64,000 nt of DNA. It comes from a virus. Each line of letters starts with the position of its first letter. Position 1 is the stretch's first letter. The notes beneath the pieces are model-generated. The model searched no databases, was not told the origin of the DNA, and was given only the letters and a program-made list of their open reading frames with translations. The stretch spans positions 1 through 64,000 of the IMG/VR virus record IMGVR_UViG_3300047095_000666. One strand, given 5' to 3'. A program made the position numbers and the translations under genes. Below are positions 54,320-63,741 of the stretch, piece by piece.

Positions 54320-54457
54320 CTATTTCTTCTCAATCAGGTCTCGAAGGAGCTTTATCTGCTCTTCGTTTTTCTTTGTATTTTTCTTGGCGAAGTAGACATG
54401 CATCGCTCCCAAGAAGACGAAGAACCCGATGTGGATCCAGAGCGAATACTCCGTCAT
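54320..54457 (-). CDS. 45 aa single-TM peptide (MTEYSLWIHIGFFVFLGAMHVYFAKK...)
   Basis: AAGGAG SD; fills the gap up to the terminator; absent from the ORF track. Confidence 0.6.
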   Translation of the reverse strand: MTEYSLWIHIGFFVFLGAMHVYFAKKNTKKNEEQIKLLRDLIEKK

Positions 54458-54458
54458 G

Positions 54459-55046
54459 TCAGACTCCTTTCAGTCTTGCCTTGAGCTGAGACTCTAGCTT
54501 TCCGGTGACTTCCTGCAGTTTGGCAATTCCGGGCGTATGGTCGAATCGAACCTCGATGCCGTATCTTGCGGTTTTCGTCTCCCCCGAATCCAGAGTGGCA
54601 ACCACGTCGAAGTACTTCTTGACGTTGCCGGGGACTGGCGGGTGGTACTCAAACAACCCCTTCACTGACGGCAGCTCAGTTTCAATCGTCTCCCACGACT
54701 TGTACTCTTTGATGGTTCCATCCCACATGTTGACCTTCATCGTGAGCTTGCCGTCAAAGAATCCGAAGAGATTGGGAGCCGAGACAATTGCGCTGGCAGG
54801 TGACCCTTGGAAGATCACCTGCTGCGGGAACTCGTCCGAAAAGACGAATGAGTATCCTATGACAGTCGGGAGAGTGGCCCCTCCGGCTGCGGCGTCCGGA
54901 GAGTCCGGCGTGGATCCGCCTACAGATCCACCGTCGCTCTCGTCCGGAGTGTAGATTATTGATGTCGCGGAAAGAGGTTGGTTCTCAAACTGAGCGACTA
55001 TGATCCCCTCCGGCAGTGACGCCGGATCGGGGCTCCATGTTCCCAT
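54459..55046 (-). CDS. Hypothetical protein, possibly structural
   Basis: AAAGGAA SD; 195 aa. Confidence 0.7.
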   Translation of the reverse strand: MGTWSPDPASLPEGIIVAQFENQPLSATSIIYTPDESDGGSVGGSTPDSPDAAAGGATLPTVIGYSFVFSDEFPQQVIFQGSPASAIVSAPNLFGFFDGKLTMKVNMWDGTIKEYKSWETIETELPSVKGLFEYHPPVPGNVKKYFDVVATLDSGETKTARYGIEVRFDHTPGIAKLQEVTGKLESQLKARLKGV

Positions 55047-55059
55047 GCGGTTTTCCTTT

Positions 55060-56241
55060 TCAGTACCAGCCGTCCGGATCTCGGACGACGATCAATTTCT
55101 CCTCAGCGCGAGTGACAGCGGTGTACAGCCAGCGGCGATGGAAGATCTTGTCTCCAAAGCACTCCTCGATGACGATCGGCTTACGGTATGACGAACCTTG
55201 GCTCTTGTGGCAAGTGATGGAGTAGGCAAAATCCATCTTGACGAAGCCACCCTTCTTGAGGAAGAACCTCTCCTCGTTGACGGTCTCGAAGTTCTTGGCC
55301 CCGTCGAAGTAGGGCTTGACGATCGTCGGGTACTTGTGACCGGGTTGGGTGTCGATCTCTCGGAGGAATCGATGCGACACGCCAAGGCAATCGGAGAGGC
55401 TCTTGTCGTTGTTGTCCTCGTCGCTGGTGATCACCAGTCCGTTGAACAACCCGAGTTCCTTGTAGTTCTCAAGGATGATCATCGGCTCGCCGGGTGCCGG
55501 GAAGTTGCCCGGAGCATACCCCTTGAGCTTCCGAAGCTTGCGGTTGTAAGCCTTCCGAGTATTGTTCTTCCCGACGATTAGCTGGTCAGATTGAAGCAGA
55601 AGCTTGTCCGTCAGCTCGTCGTCCTCGATCACCCAGACGCCGTCGCCGTACTTCCCGAATCCGAACTTTCGTCCCATCCGTATGTCCATCGACAGTCGGA
55701 TGATCGGAGAGTCTTTCGCCTGACGGTGGACCTCGGTCAGAGCAGACTCCGCCTCGGCCATGAACTTACCGCTCTTGTCTACTGGATCGTTCCCGATCGG
55801 GGGAAGCTGGGCCTCGTCTCCGACGAACAGGATCGGGATGCCGAAGCTCAGCAGGTCTTCTCTCATGGCCTTTGAGACCATACTTGCTTCGTCAACGATC
55901 AAGAAGGAGTACAGAGACTTCATCTCCTCCTTGGACCGGCGAGTGAAGATCAGGTCGCCGTTCGGCATCTCTTCGACCTTGTAGGCGAGACTGTGGATCG
56001 TCTTGGCGTCGGGGATGCCCTTCTTGCGGAGCACAGAAGCTGCCTTGTGGGTGAATGCAATCACCCCGATCTGCTTGTTGGTCCGGAAGTCGTCGCACTG
56101 AAGGATGAACTTCATCAAAGACGTCTTGCCAGTGCCAGCGTAGCCCTTCAGTCGCCAGAAGGGCTGCATCTTGTCGACGAACCACGTTCGAATCTCGAAG
56201 AGGGCTCTCGTCTGCTCATCGGTTAGGATGATTTCGCTCAT
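55060..56241 (-). CDS. Dda/RecD-like SF1B helicase
   Basis: GYAGTGKT, TIHS, IVDEASMV, GDEAQLPP, EVHRQ, YSITCHKSQGS, LYTAVTRA. Confidence 0.93.
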   Translation of the reverse strand: MSEIILTDEQTRALFEIRTWFVDKMQPFWRLKGYAGTGKTSLMKFILQCDDFRTNKQIGVIAFTHKAASVLRKKGIPDAKTIHSLAYKVEEMPNGDLIFTRRSKEEMKSLYSFLIVDEASMVSKAMREDLLSFGIPILFVGDEAQLPPIGNDPVDKSGKFMAEAESALTEVHRQAKDSPIIRLSMDIRMGRKFGFGKYGDGVWVIEDDELTDKLLLQSDQLIVGKNNTRKAYNRKLRKLKGYAPGNFPAPGEPMIILENYKELGLFNGLVITSDEDNNDKSLSDCLGVSHRFLREIDTQPGHKYPTIVKPYFDGAKNFETVNEERFFLKKGGFVKMDFAYSITCHKSQGSSYRKPIVIEECFGDKIFHRRWLYTAVTRAEEKLIVVRDPDGWY

Positions 56242-56528
56242 TGTTTCTCCTGTGAAGAAGGCGGAAGGCCGTCAAAGGACACCTCCAGCCGCATTGGGTT
56301 TTCCTGAGATGGACTAATGTCGTACAGTCCAAATCTCCATAGGTTTTCAAGACAGAATTCGACTACAAAAGAGAACTGCTCGTCACACTCGATGACCACG
56401 ATGTCTCTCTCGTTGTCGTAGAACACCGATATCTGAGTAGTGTTCCTTCCCGGATGTTTAGGACACTCGGCAACCAAGAAAGAATTCAGCCAGAGGATCC
56501 ATTCGATGGCCTCTTCGAATCGGCTCAT
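56238..56528 (-). CDS. Hypothetical protein
   Basis: ATG 56528 overlaps the previous stop. Confidence 0.6.
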   Translation of the reverse strand: MSRFEEAIEWILWLNSFLVAECPKHPGRNTTQISVFYDNERDIVVIECDEQFSFVVEFCLENLWRFGLYDISPSQENPMRLEVSFDGLPPSSQEKQ

Positions 56529-56887
56529 AAGAACTTCACTAGGAACCCGGACACTCCTTGGAAGCAAGGTTCCGGGTCATCTGTAATCTCGTCAATTCCG
56601 AGGTGCCAGAGATTGAGTTCGAATTCTTCCTTCAAGAAGTCCACGACTGCTTTGGAGTTGACATCGTTTCCGTAGCTGCGGATATCTGGGAAGATCCTCA
56701 CCAGCAAGTCGTTGGATATCTTCTTCCTCTTGATCTTGACGTACTTCTCCAGATTCCACCGGCTGAGCGTCCAGTTGTCTTTGAAACCTTTTGACTTGAT
56801 CAGTTCTGTAATCTTTTCGTAGATGTAATCTTCTACTTGCTTCTTCTTGAGGAGCGTCTCGTGCTTCCGCAGAGATCCCTTGGACAT
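56525..56887 (-). CDS. Hypothetical protein
   Basis: AAGGAG SD; early motif TGATATATAAT at 56920-56930 on the minus strand. Confidence 0.7.
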   Translation of the reverse strand: MSKGSLRKHETLLKKKQVEDYIYEKITELIKSKGFKDNWTLSRWNLEKYVKIKRKKISNDLLVRIFPDIRSYGNDVNSKAVVDFLKEEFELNLWHLGIDEITDDPEPCFQGVSGFLVKFL

Positions 56888-56992
56888 CGGATTTCTCCTT
56901 TCATTATATACTCATTTTTATTATATATCACCGTTTGCCCGTTCTGTATTCGGGGAACTAGAGGATAGCTGAATCAACTTTAGGACACGAAA

Positions 56993-57811
56993 ATGAGTTC
57001 GTCTTTGAAGTCTGTCAATGAGATATCGAGAGAGGGGCTGATGCGAGGAGTCGTCGTCAGCAACGAAGACCCTAGCATGGAGGGACGAGTGGCTTTGAAC
57101 GTGCCGAAGCTCGTCACCAAGCATGACCCGAAGAAGGTGATGCCGATCAAGTCGAAGGAGAGCATCGACACCTCCAACTGCAGGAACGAGGAGATCAAGG
57201 ACGCAATCAGCGCCAGCGTCGAGACCTGCAACTACATCTGGTTCCGTCCGGTGTTCAACAACTGTTTCCTCGTTCCCTATGTCGGACAAGTCGTCTACTG
57301 CTTCCTTGAAGACGGGGACATCCGCAAGGCTTACTACCTGCCGCAGTCGGCCACCCTGAACGGGGAAGTGACGCCGATGGACCGTCTCAAGGCTACCGCC
57401 GACAAGTTCGACGCGGCCACGAAGCCGAAGATCCACGTCATCCAAGAATACCACGACGGGACAATCATCTACCACAACGAGAACGCGCCGAACAAGCGGC
57501 TTGCGATCACGTTCAAGAATAACCACTCGATTTCCATCAACGAGAACCCGGAAGAGAACAGCATCGAGCTGATCACCGAGAGTAAGCACAAGATCGTTCT
57601 CGACCAGCGAAACAAGCAGATTCTCATCAAGACTAGCGGTGGCCATACCATCCTCATGGACGACTTGGCACCGAAGATCCTGCTGAACACCACTGCGGGT
57701 CACAAGATCCTGATGGACGACCAACCGGGTCACATTACGGTCCAAGCTTCATCCGGTGGGGTGATCAAGATGGGCGGCGGATCTGGCGGCGGCACAGTAA
57801 ATATCAACTGA
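56993..57811 (+). CDS. Baseplate spike/hub protein, gp5/gpV-like (OB-fold plus beta-helix)
   Basis: RGVVVSNEDPSMEGRV; VPYVGQVVYCFLEDGD; repeats of T.SGH.I.MDD; AACT-N6-TA at 56956-56967. Confidence 0.8.
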   Translation: MSSSLKSVNEISREGLMRGVVVSNEDPSMEGRVALNVPKLVTKHDPKKVMPIKSKESIDTSNCRNEEIKDAISASVETCNYIWFRPVFNNCFLVPYVGQVVYCFLEDGDIRKAYYLPQSATLNGEVTPMDRLKATADKFDAATKPKIHVIQEYHDGTIIYHNENAPNKRLAITFKNNHSISINENPEENSIELITESKHKIVLDQRNKQILIKTSGGHTILMDDLAPKILLNTTAGHKILMDDQPGHITVQASSGGVIKMGGGSGGGTVNIN

Positions 57812-57859
57812 AAAAAAAGAAGACCATAGACGCGAACGTCTATGGTCTCTTACTTGCGA

Positions 57860-58621
57860 TTAGGCCGCGAATTTTTCCTTCAGAGCAATCAGCTTGTCAG
57901 CCTGCACGGTCGGCTTGCCGAAGTATTCTTCCGGGAAGTTGACGTACTCAACCTTCTTGAAGGTCGAGAGGATGCCGCGCAGCAGGTCGCTTTCGAGGTT
58001 GCTGCAGAATTGCAGAACAACGTTCTTCGCTTGCAGACCCTCCAGCTCCTTCAGGAACACCCAGTACTTGAACATCGAGAGAGCCTTGCGGCGCTCGACG
58101 TGGGGGATGTCCGCTTTCGGGTCGGTGGCATGGATCACGAACTGCGGCAGGCGGATCTTCTCCTTTTCCGAGAAGACAGAGATCGAGACTGCGTTCTCGA
58201 CTTCCATCGTCGCATGCTTGGCGAAGACATGGATGGTGCCTTGGGCGAGATTGCTCTCGGAGTCCTCCAGCAGCGGCCAACGGGCTGCATCGAAGTTGTG
58301 GTGAACGACATTCATCTCTGGCAGGATCTTGCGGATCTGACCCAGCAGGTAGCTGCCGATCATGCCGCCGTTCTCGATGACGAAGTTCTTGGCGTCGGTG
58401 GCTGCAAGCAGGGACTCGATGCGGATCACAGACTCGTACCATTTGAGGGCACGCTGGATCTGGATCGCAGTGAGTTTGTTTTCACCTTCCTTGGGCGGAA
58501 GGGTAGAAGCAACGAATGCCGGGAGTACGACATTTTCCTTCTTCTTCGGCGCACTGATTACCGCTTGTGCAGCTTCGATGTTTGCGTTGGCGGCGGCTTT
58601 GAAGGTGGCAACAATCTTCAT
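57860..58621 (-). CDS. Hypothetical protein
   Basis: AAGGAAG SD; early motif at 58696-58707. Confidence 0.75.
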   Translation of the reverse strand: MKIVATFKAAANANIEAAQAVISAPKKKENVVLPAFVASTLPPKEGENKLTAIQIQRALKWYESVIRIESLLAATDAKNFVIENGGMIGSYLLGQIRKILPEMNVVHHNFDAARWPLLEDSESNLAQGTIHVFAKHATMEVENAVSISVFSEKEKIRLPQFVIHATDPKADIPHVERRKALSMFKYWVFLKELEGLQAKNVVLQFCSNLESDLLRGILSTFKKVEYVNFPEEYFGKPTVQADKLIALKEKFAA

Positions 58622-58789
58622 GATGTTCTTCCTTTTCTTAAGGCTAGGTTTCTGAGGTTACGACCCCTCTAGCTAATTCTAGCAGGGATCAATTAAAGAA
58701 TATATCAGCAAATATCTCGTTGCAACGGTACCTGCCATGGAGGATACCTCCATAACTGGTATATAGCTGATCAATTATTTGTTACTGTC

Positions 58790-59524
58790 ATGGCAAAGAA
58801 AAGCAAAACCAAACCAGAGACGATCGACATGGAGACGAGCGAAGCCGCTCCTCCTTGGGAGGACGGTTCCGAACAACCTCCAAGCTCCGTCGAGCTCGAA
58901 GTAGAGAATATCGAAGCGCCCGATGACAATCTAGAGATCATCGGCAAGAACCAAGAGTACTCTCTCACGATGTACCTGGACCCGAACACGGATCCCAAGG
59001 TATTCATCCGATTCATCAAGAAAGTAGAGCGACTGGTCAGGGGAAATCCGGACTACAAAGACTACATCGAGAATCTGAGAGACGAGGAAGGGCTAGACAC
59101 ATGTGCGTACTTTGGGAAGGTGGACGTCAACAAGGCTGAGATTCACCTGCACCATTGCATCAGCAACCTCTACACGATCTGCATCACCGTGTGCAGCCGC
59201 CTGATGGCGGAGGGGAAGCGGGTGTCGTCCTTCATTCTGGCCGACGAGGTCGTCAAGCTCCATCTGAGCAACAAAATCGGTCTGGTGCCGCTCACGGCTA
59301 CCATGCACGAGCTTGCTCACGCCGGAAAGATCAAGATCCCGAGATCCGTCGTCTTCGGAGACTACGAGGCTTACTACGAGCAGCACAAGGAGTACATGGA
59401 CGAGTACGAGCTAAAGCTCTACGAGGATCTGAAGACCTTCGAGCACATCCAGCGCAACGACTTACCGCTACTCACCAACCAGACTGCGACTCCCAAGAAG
59501 GAGATCGAGGAGGAAGAGGAATGA
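58790..59524 (+). CDS. HNH-like fold protein; paralog of 59814-60509
   Basis: C..IHLHH...LVPLTATMHELAH. Confidence 0.65.
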   Translation: MAKKSKTKPETIDMETSEAAPPWEDGSEQPPSSVELEVENIEAPDDNLEIIGKNQEYSLTMYLDPNTDPKVFIRFIKKVERLVRGNPDYKDYIENLRDEEGLDTCAYFGKVDVNKAEIHLHHCISNLYTICITVCSRLMAEGKRVSSFILADEVVKLHLSNKIGLVPLTATMHELAHAGKIKIPRSVVFGDYEAYYEQHKEYMDEYELKLYEDLKTFEHIQRNDLPLLTNQTATPKKEIEEEEE

Positions 59525-59817
59525 AATCCGTACAAGATTACATGCTGCACTTTCTCGACGAGAAGGCATCCGAGTTCAAGACCCTCAAGAAGTACCAAAA
59601 GCCCCTCACCGACGAGGAGCACAAGAAGGTCATGGACGCCGAGGCCGTGTGGCACAATGGCATAGGCGGGAAGACCGTCCCTGCGGTGTGGAAGTCGGTT
59701 CACCCGGAATCCGGGAAGGCGACCTACGTCTGTAACACCCACCGTGCCTACAACACCGCTCCGACGGTCGAGGGTGCGATCGGTCGTTTCCACAAGTTCA
59801 TCAAGGGGACGGCATGA
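59521..59817 (+). CDS. Hypothetical protein
   Basis: ATGA overlaps at both ends. Confidence 0.7.
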   Translation: MKSVQDYMLHFLDEKASEFKTLKKYQKPLTDEEHKKVMDAEAVWHNGIGGKTVPAVWKSVHPESGKATYVCNTHRAYNTAPTVEGAIGRFHKFIKGTA

Positions 59818-60509
59818 GATCGTTAGGAAGCAAGCAGAAAGAAGAGAAGCTGCCGAAGAGCAGAGAGACCAATGCGTACTCGCTCTACGGCAAACCGGCC
59901 TTCTACGCAATCTTCAACCTCGAAGAGAACGAGAAGAACAAGACGAAGTTCATCCAGACGGTCGAGGGGATGGTCAGGACGTCTCACGAGTACAGGAACT
60001 TCCTCAACTACCTGAAGCAGGAGGCGCAGCTGACCTACTGTTCCATCCTGAACGGGCTGAAGGACGAGGATCTGAAGGACATCTCGCTGGAGATCCATCA
60101 CTACCCGTACACTCTGTACGACATCACGGAAGCGGTCATCAACCGCCACCTGATGAACCAGTTAGACTTCACCCGGCTGAGCATCGCCAATGAGGTCATG
60201 AATCTTCACTACATGCTCCAAGTTGGACTCGTGCCGCTGACGCTGACGATGCACCAAATGGCCCACACCGGGAACATCCTCATCGACATGGAGCACGTCT
60301 TCGGAGACTACAAGCAGTTCTCCAAGGACTACGATCTGTATCTGTCCGAGGACGCCAAAGGCCGGTACATGCACTACTTCACGAGGAACAAGAACAAGGA
60401 ACTCATCAAACAATACAACATGGACAAGCTGACGATCAACCCGAAGCTGTTCCAGCTCGAAGACAGGACAGAAGAGGAGCCGAACGATGAGCTTGAAGAA
60501 GATTTTTGA
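59814..60509 (+). CDS. HNH-like fold protein; paralog of 58790-59524
   Basis: C..LEIHH...LVPLTLTMHQMAH. Confidence 0.65.
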   Translation: MRSLGSKQKEEKLPKSRETNAYSLYGKPAFYAIFNLEENEKNKTKFIQTVEGMVRTSHEYRNFLNYLKQEAQLTYCSILNGLKDEDLKDISLEIHHYPYTLYDITEAVINRHLMNQLDFTRLSIANEVMNLHYMLQVGLVPLTLTMHQMAHTGNILIDMEHVFGDYKQFSKDYDLYLSEDAKGRYMHYFTRNKNKELIKQYNMDKLTINPKLFQLEDRTEEEPNDELEEDF

Positions 60510-60852
60510 CGCCATTTTCTCTGTGTTCCGGAGAAAGCCAGCACCCCCGCCGTCGCTGATTGCAGTGAACTTCGAAAAGGACATGGAATGTCTGTTTTCG
60601 ATCATTTCCACCTACATCGAGAACGAGCGGTTTAAGATCACCATCTCGCAGAAAAAGGTGCTGTCCGACAGCGACCTTCTGGAGGTGTGCAACTCGGTGA
60701 CTGCCAAGACCGTGACCGTGATCTCCGACGACTACAAGCGAGTCCTCGCCAAGTACTTCCGTGAGGAAGAAATGATCGAGTTCATATCGGAGATCGTTGT
60801 CCGCAACGTCGTCCAGCTCGGCCTTGAGATCAACAGGAAGACTCTTTCCTAA
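60487..60852 (+). CDS. Hypothetical protein
   Basis: GAGGAG SD; followed by a terminator. Confidence 0.7.
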   Translation: MSLKKIFDAIFSVFRRKPAPPPSLIAVNFEKDMECLFSIISTYIENERFKITISQKKVLSDSDLLEVCNSVTAKTVTVISDDYKRVLAKYFREEEMIEFISEIVVRNVVQLGLEINRKTLS

Positions 60853-60893
60853 AAAAAAGAACCCATACCCGCAAAGGTATGGGTTCTTTCATG

Positions 60894-61388
60894 TCACTTG
60901 ATGAGCTCTATGCTAATCAGTTCTTCGGTGACAGGGTCAAAGGTGAATTTGACGTTCGGCTTACCGGCTCCCCCGAAATTGATGGAGTGACCGTTCTTGT
61001 AGTTGACCTCAGAAAGCTGAATGCATCTGTTCAACACAATGTCCGGTGTCTTCGGAGGTTTGAAGTAGTTAACCATCCGACCACCGGCAGTGTCGGTGAG
61101 CACCTTCAGGTCGCCACGCCAGAAACGCATGGACTTCTCTTTCTGGAGGAGTTCGTGGAGCTCGTTCGGGATCCGAACTCCGATCGGTTTGTCACGCAGA
61201 GGGCGACTGTACTCGTCCGGAACCTCGCCTTTCGGCTGACGATCCCAATACTCCTTGACATACTTCGTGCATTCCTCTTCAGAGACGTGGATCGAGGTGC
61301 CGTCAGGTCGAGATCCCCAGCCTCTTTCCGACTCTTCCCAATCCAAGAGGTACGCGATGTGAACTTTGTCGTCAAAAGTGATGCTCAT
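60894..61388 (-). CDS. Hypothetical protein
   Basis: AAGGAG SD; WEESERGWGSRPDG motif. Confidence 0.75.
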   Translation of the reverse strand: MSITFDDKVHIAYLLDWEESERGWGSRPDGTSIHVSEEECTKYVKEYWDRQPKGEVPDEYSRPLRDKPIGVRIPNELHELLQKEKSMRFWRGDLKVLTDTAGGRMVNYFKPPKTPDIVLNRCIQLSEVNYKNGHSINFGGAGKPNVKFTFDPVTEELISIELIK

Positions 61389-61401
61389 GATTTCTCCTTT
61401 A

Positions 61402-62172
61402 TCAAAGCATGATCTTCATCATCGGCATGATGATGTGTTGGTAGTTGCTCTCGATGTGCAGCTCGTCGATCATGTCGTCGTTTACCACATCGAGATAAAC
61501 ATGGTGGCCCATCATTTCCTTCTGAAGCTTATAGGAATTGACAGCGTTGAGCTCTCGGTAGTACGTGTGAGACAGCTCCCTAGTCACGTACGCTTGTCTC
61601 AGATCCCGGAGGTACTCGAAGATGAAGCGTTTCGGCTTGTACTCGCCGAACTCCATCAACTTTCTTATCTCCTCGATCAGGGTGTCCCGAATGTCGATCT
61701 CCGAGTCGAGACCCTTGAACCAGAATCTTCCGGTCTTCGAGTTCAGGAAGAATTCCTTCTTCTCAAGGAGCATGTACGACGTGGCCTCTTCTCGCAGAGT
61801 GAACTCGACGTGTTCGCCGAACCTCGTCTGCTCGATCGGGCTGTTGTAGAGGGTGATCGAGTCCTTCTTCACGCTCAGAACCTTGTCGTCCTCGACTAGA
61901 TTCTCTTCCCGGAACATCGTCACGTACTTCCGGAAACCCTCGAAGAGCTCCTTGGTGAACTCTTTGTGCTCTCCTGCGTACTTGCCGATCTCGATGTGTC
62001 GGCGCTTCTTGTCCAGGGTCTTTAGATATCTTAAGAATTTCGTCGGCAGCAGGCCCTCGTTACGAGAGATCGAGTACCCGCCTTCAACGATATCGTACTC
62101 GCAGATCCTTTTGTTCCGCAGGTACAAAACGTCCTCGTTGAGGTACGTCAGATCGCCTAGTTTCTTTGCCAT
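61402..62172 (-). CDS. Small divergent DNA-polymerase-palm-like protein
   Basis: ICEYDI (motif A-like) and SVKKDSI (motif C-like); no exonuclease domain. Confidence 0.5.
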   Translation of the reverse strand: MAKKLGDLTYLNEDVLYLRNKRICEYDIVEGGYSISRNEGLLPTKFLRYLKTLDKKRRHIEIGKYAGEHKEFTKELFEGFRKYVTMFREENLVEDDKVLSVKKDSITLYNSPIEQTRFGEHVEFTLREEATSYMLLEKKEFFLNSKTGRFWFKGLDSEIDIRDTLIEEIRKLMEFGEYKPKRFIFEYLRDLRQAYVTRELSHTYYRELNAVNSYKLQKEMMGHHVYLDVVNDDMIDELHIESNYQHIIMPMMKIML

Positions 62173-62287
62173 CGTCGCTTTCGCCGATATATGATTTTCG
62201 TGTTATAATACGCTGTATCGCGTACTATCATCAGGTTCATGATATATGCTTCATCGAACCGTCGAAACGCCGATACAGAGAATGGGG

Positions 62288-62300
62288 TAACAGCATGTTA
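62288..62300. promoter_or_regulatory. Near-palindromic site reading AACA-N6-TA on both strands
   Basis: TAACAGCATGTTA between divergent genes. Confidence 0.5.
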
Positions 62301-62335
62301 TACGCGGCTCTTTTGAACGACAAGAAAGGAAAGAA

Positions 62336-63694
62336 ATGCTGAAAGTCAGACCACGCGACATCCAGAGTGACTTCAACGAGAAGGCGCTCGTGACCAGTCA
62401 CGAAGCCATCGACAACGACTCTCGCTTCACGCAGAACGGCGTGTTCTCCGAGAAGATCTTCGGTTCCCTCTCCAACGGGATCGACTACGCCTGCGACTGC
62501 GGGAAGTACCAAGGCGCGTTCAACCTCGGCTACAAGTGCGAGTGCTGCGGCTCGAAGGTGGTGTTCAAGGGTCTGCAGCTGGCCAAGGAGGGCTGGATCG
62601 ACCTCCGCCACACCATCATCCATCCTGTGTTTTACCGCTATCTGAAGAAGATCATCGGCGGCACGACGCTTCAGGAGATCCTCAACTACCGGGTCAAGAT
62701 CCACGTCAACGGCACCCCGATCGAGCCTCCGATGGAAGCTCCGTTCAAGGGAATCGGCATGGTCCGGTTCATCGAGAACATGGACGACGTCGTGGACTTC
62801 TTCATCAATCGCAAGAAGGACACGGCAAAGTCGAAGAAGAAGGACTGGCAGTTCTTCCTCGCCAACGCCGACATTGCTTTCATCGACAAGTTCCCGATCA
62901 TCAACAGCCGTCTGCGCCCCGGCAGCGTGATCAACGGCGAGTTCCAGTTCGACGAGATCAACAACCTGTACAACGCGCTGATCCGCAACTCGAACACTCT
63001 GGAGAGCATGACGGAGATCGAGGCCACGGACGCCAACAACCTGCCTCTGATCTACAAGAACCAGATGCTGGCAAACGAGGTCTTCGACACCATCCTCGAA
63101 ACACTATCCAACAAGGAAGGCTTCATCCGGAACAGCCTGATCGGCTCCCGCCTGAACCTCTCTGCGCGGAACGTGATCACGCCGCTCTCCGGCAAGTACA
63201 GCATGGACGACTGCGTCATGCCCTACAAGACGGCGATCGAGCTGATGAAACCGCTGATCATCCGCAAGCTCTGCAAGATCAAGCGGATCACGGTCCATCA
63301 GGCGCTCAAGGTCTGGTTCGACGCCACGCTGAAGTACAACAAGCTCGTCCACACGATCATGCGGGACATCGCCAAGAACGAGAACGTCAAGGTGCTCCTG
63401 AACCGCAACCCGACGATCAACGTCGGATCGATCCTCCTCCTGAACATCGCCGATGTGAAGGAAGACGTCACGGACGTAACGTTCTCCATCTCCAACTTGG
63501 TGCTGCCTTGCCTCGCAGCTGACTACGACGGCGACGTTCTCAACATCGTCCTTATCGTCTCGAAGCGGTTCGTGGACATGTTCGAGCCCTTCCAGCCCAG
63601 CAATCTCGTCATCGATTGCGACAGCGGGGAGTTCAACTCTTCCTTCACGCCGTTCAAGGACATCCAAGTCGGCATTCAGTCTCTGCTGAACTGA
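62336..63694 (+). CDS. rpoC: Phage multisubunit RNA polymerase beta' N-terminal/catalytic subunit
   Basis: GVFSEKIFG, CDCG..CECC Zn finger, GWIDL, SARNVITP, LLNRNPTI, ADYDGDVL. Confidence 0.92.
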   Translation: MLKVRPRDIQSDFNEKALVTSHEAIDNDSRFTQNGVFSEKIFGSLSNGIDYACDCGKYQGAFNLGYKCECCGSKVVFKGLQLAKEGWIDLRHTIIHPVFYRYLKKIIGGTTLQEILNYRVKIHVNGTPIEPPMEAPFKGIGMVRFIENMDDVVDFFINRKKDTAKSKKKDWQFFLANADIAFIDKFPIINSRLRPGSVINGEFQFDEINNLYNALIRNSNTLESMTEIEATDANNLPLIYKNQMLANEVFDTILETLSNKEGFIRNSLIGSRLNLSARNVITPLSGKYSMDDCVMPYKTAIELMKPLIIRKLCKIKRITVHQALKVWFDATLKYNKLVHTIMRDIAKNENVKVLLNRNPTINVGSILLLNIADVKEDVTDVTFSISNLVLPCLAADYDGDVLNIVLIVSKRFVDMFEPFQPSNLVIDCDSGEFNSSFTPFKDIQVGIQSLLN

Positions 63695-63699
63695 GACGC

Positions 63700-63741
63700 A
63701 AAGACCGCTATGGGAATTGATCCCATAGCGGCTTTTTTTTT
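63700..63741. terminator. Terminator between convergent genes
   Basis: CCGCTATGGGA-ATTGA-TCCCATAGCGG plus T run. Confidence 0.85.

Noticed and set aside
19962-63694. Introns or inteins in the ligase, gyrase, helicase or RNAP genes
   Set aside because: Motifs are continuous with expected spacing and no intein termini were seen. The GyrB insertion resembles the normal Gram-negative insert.
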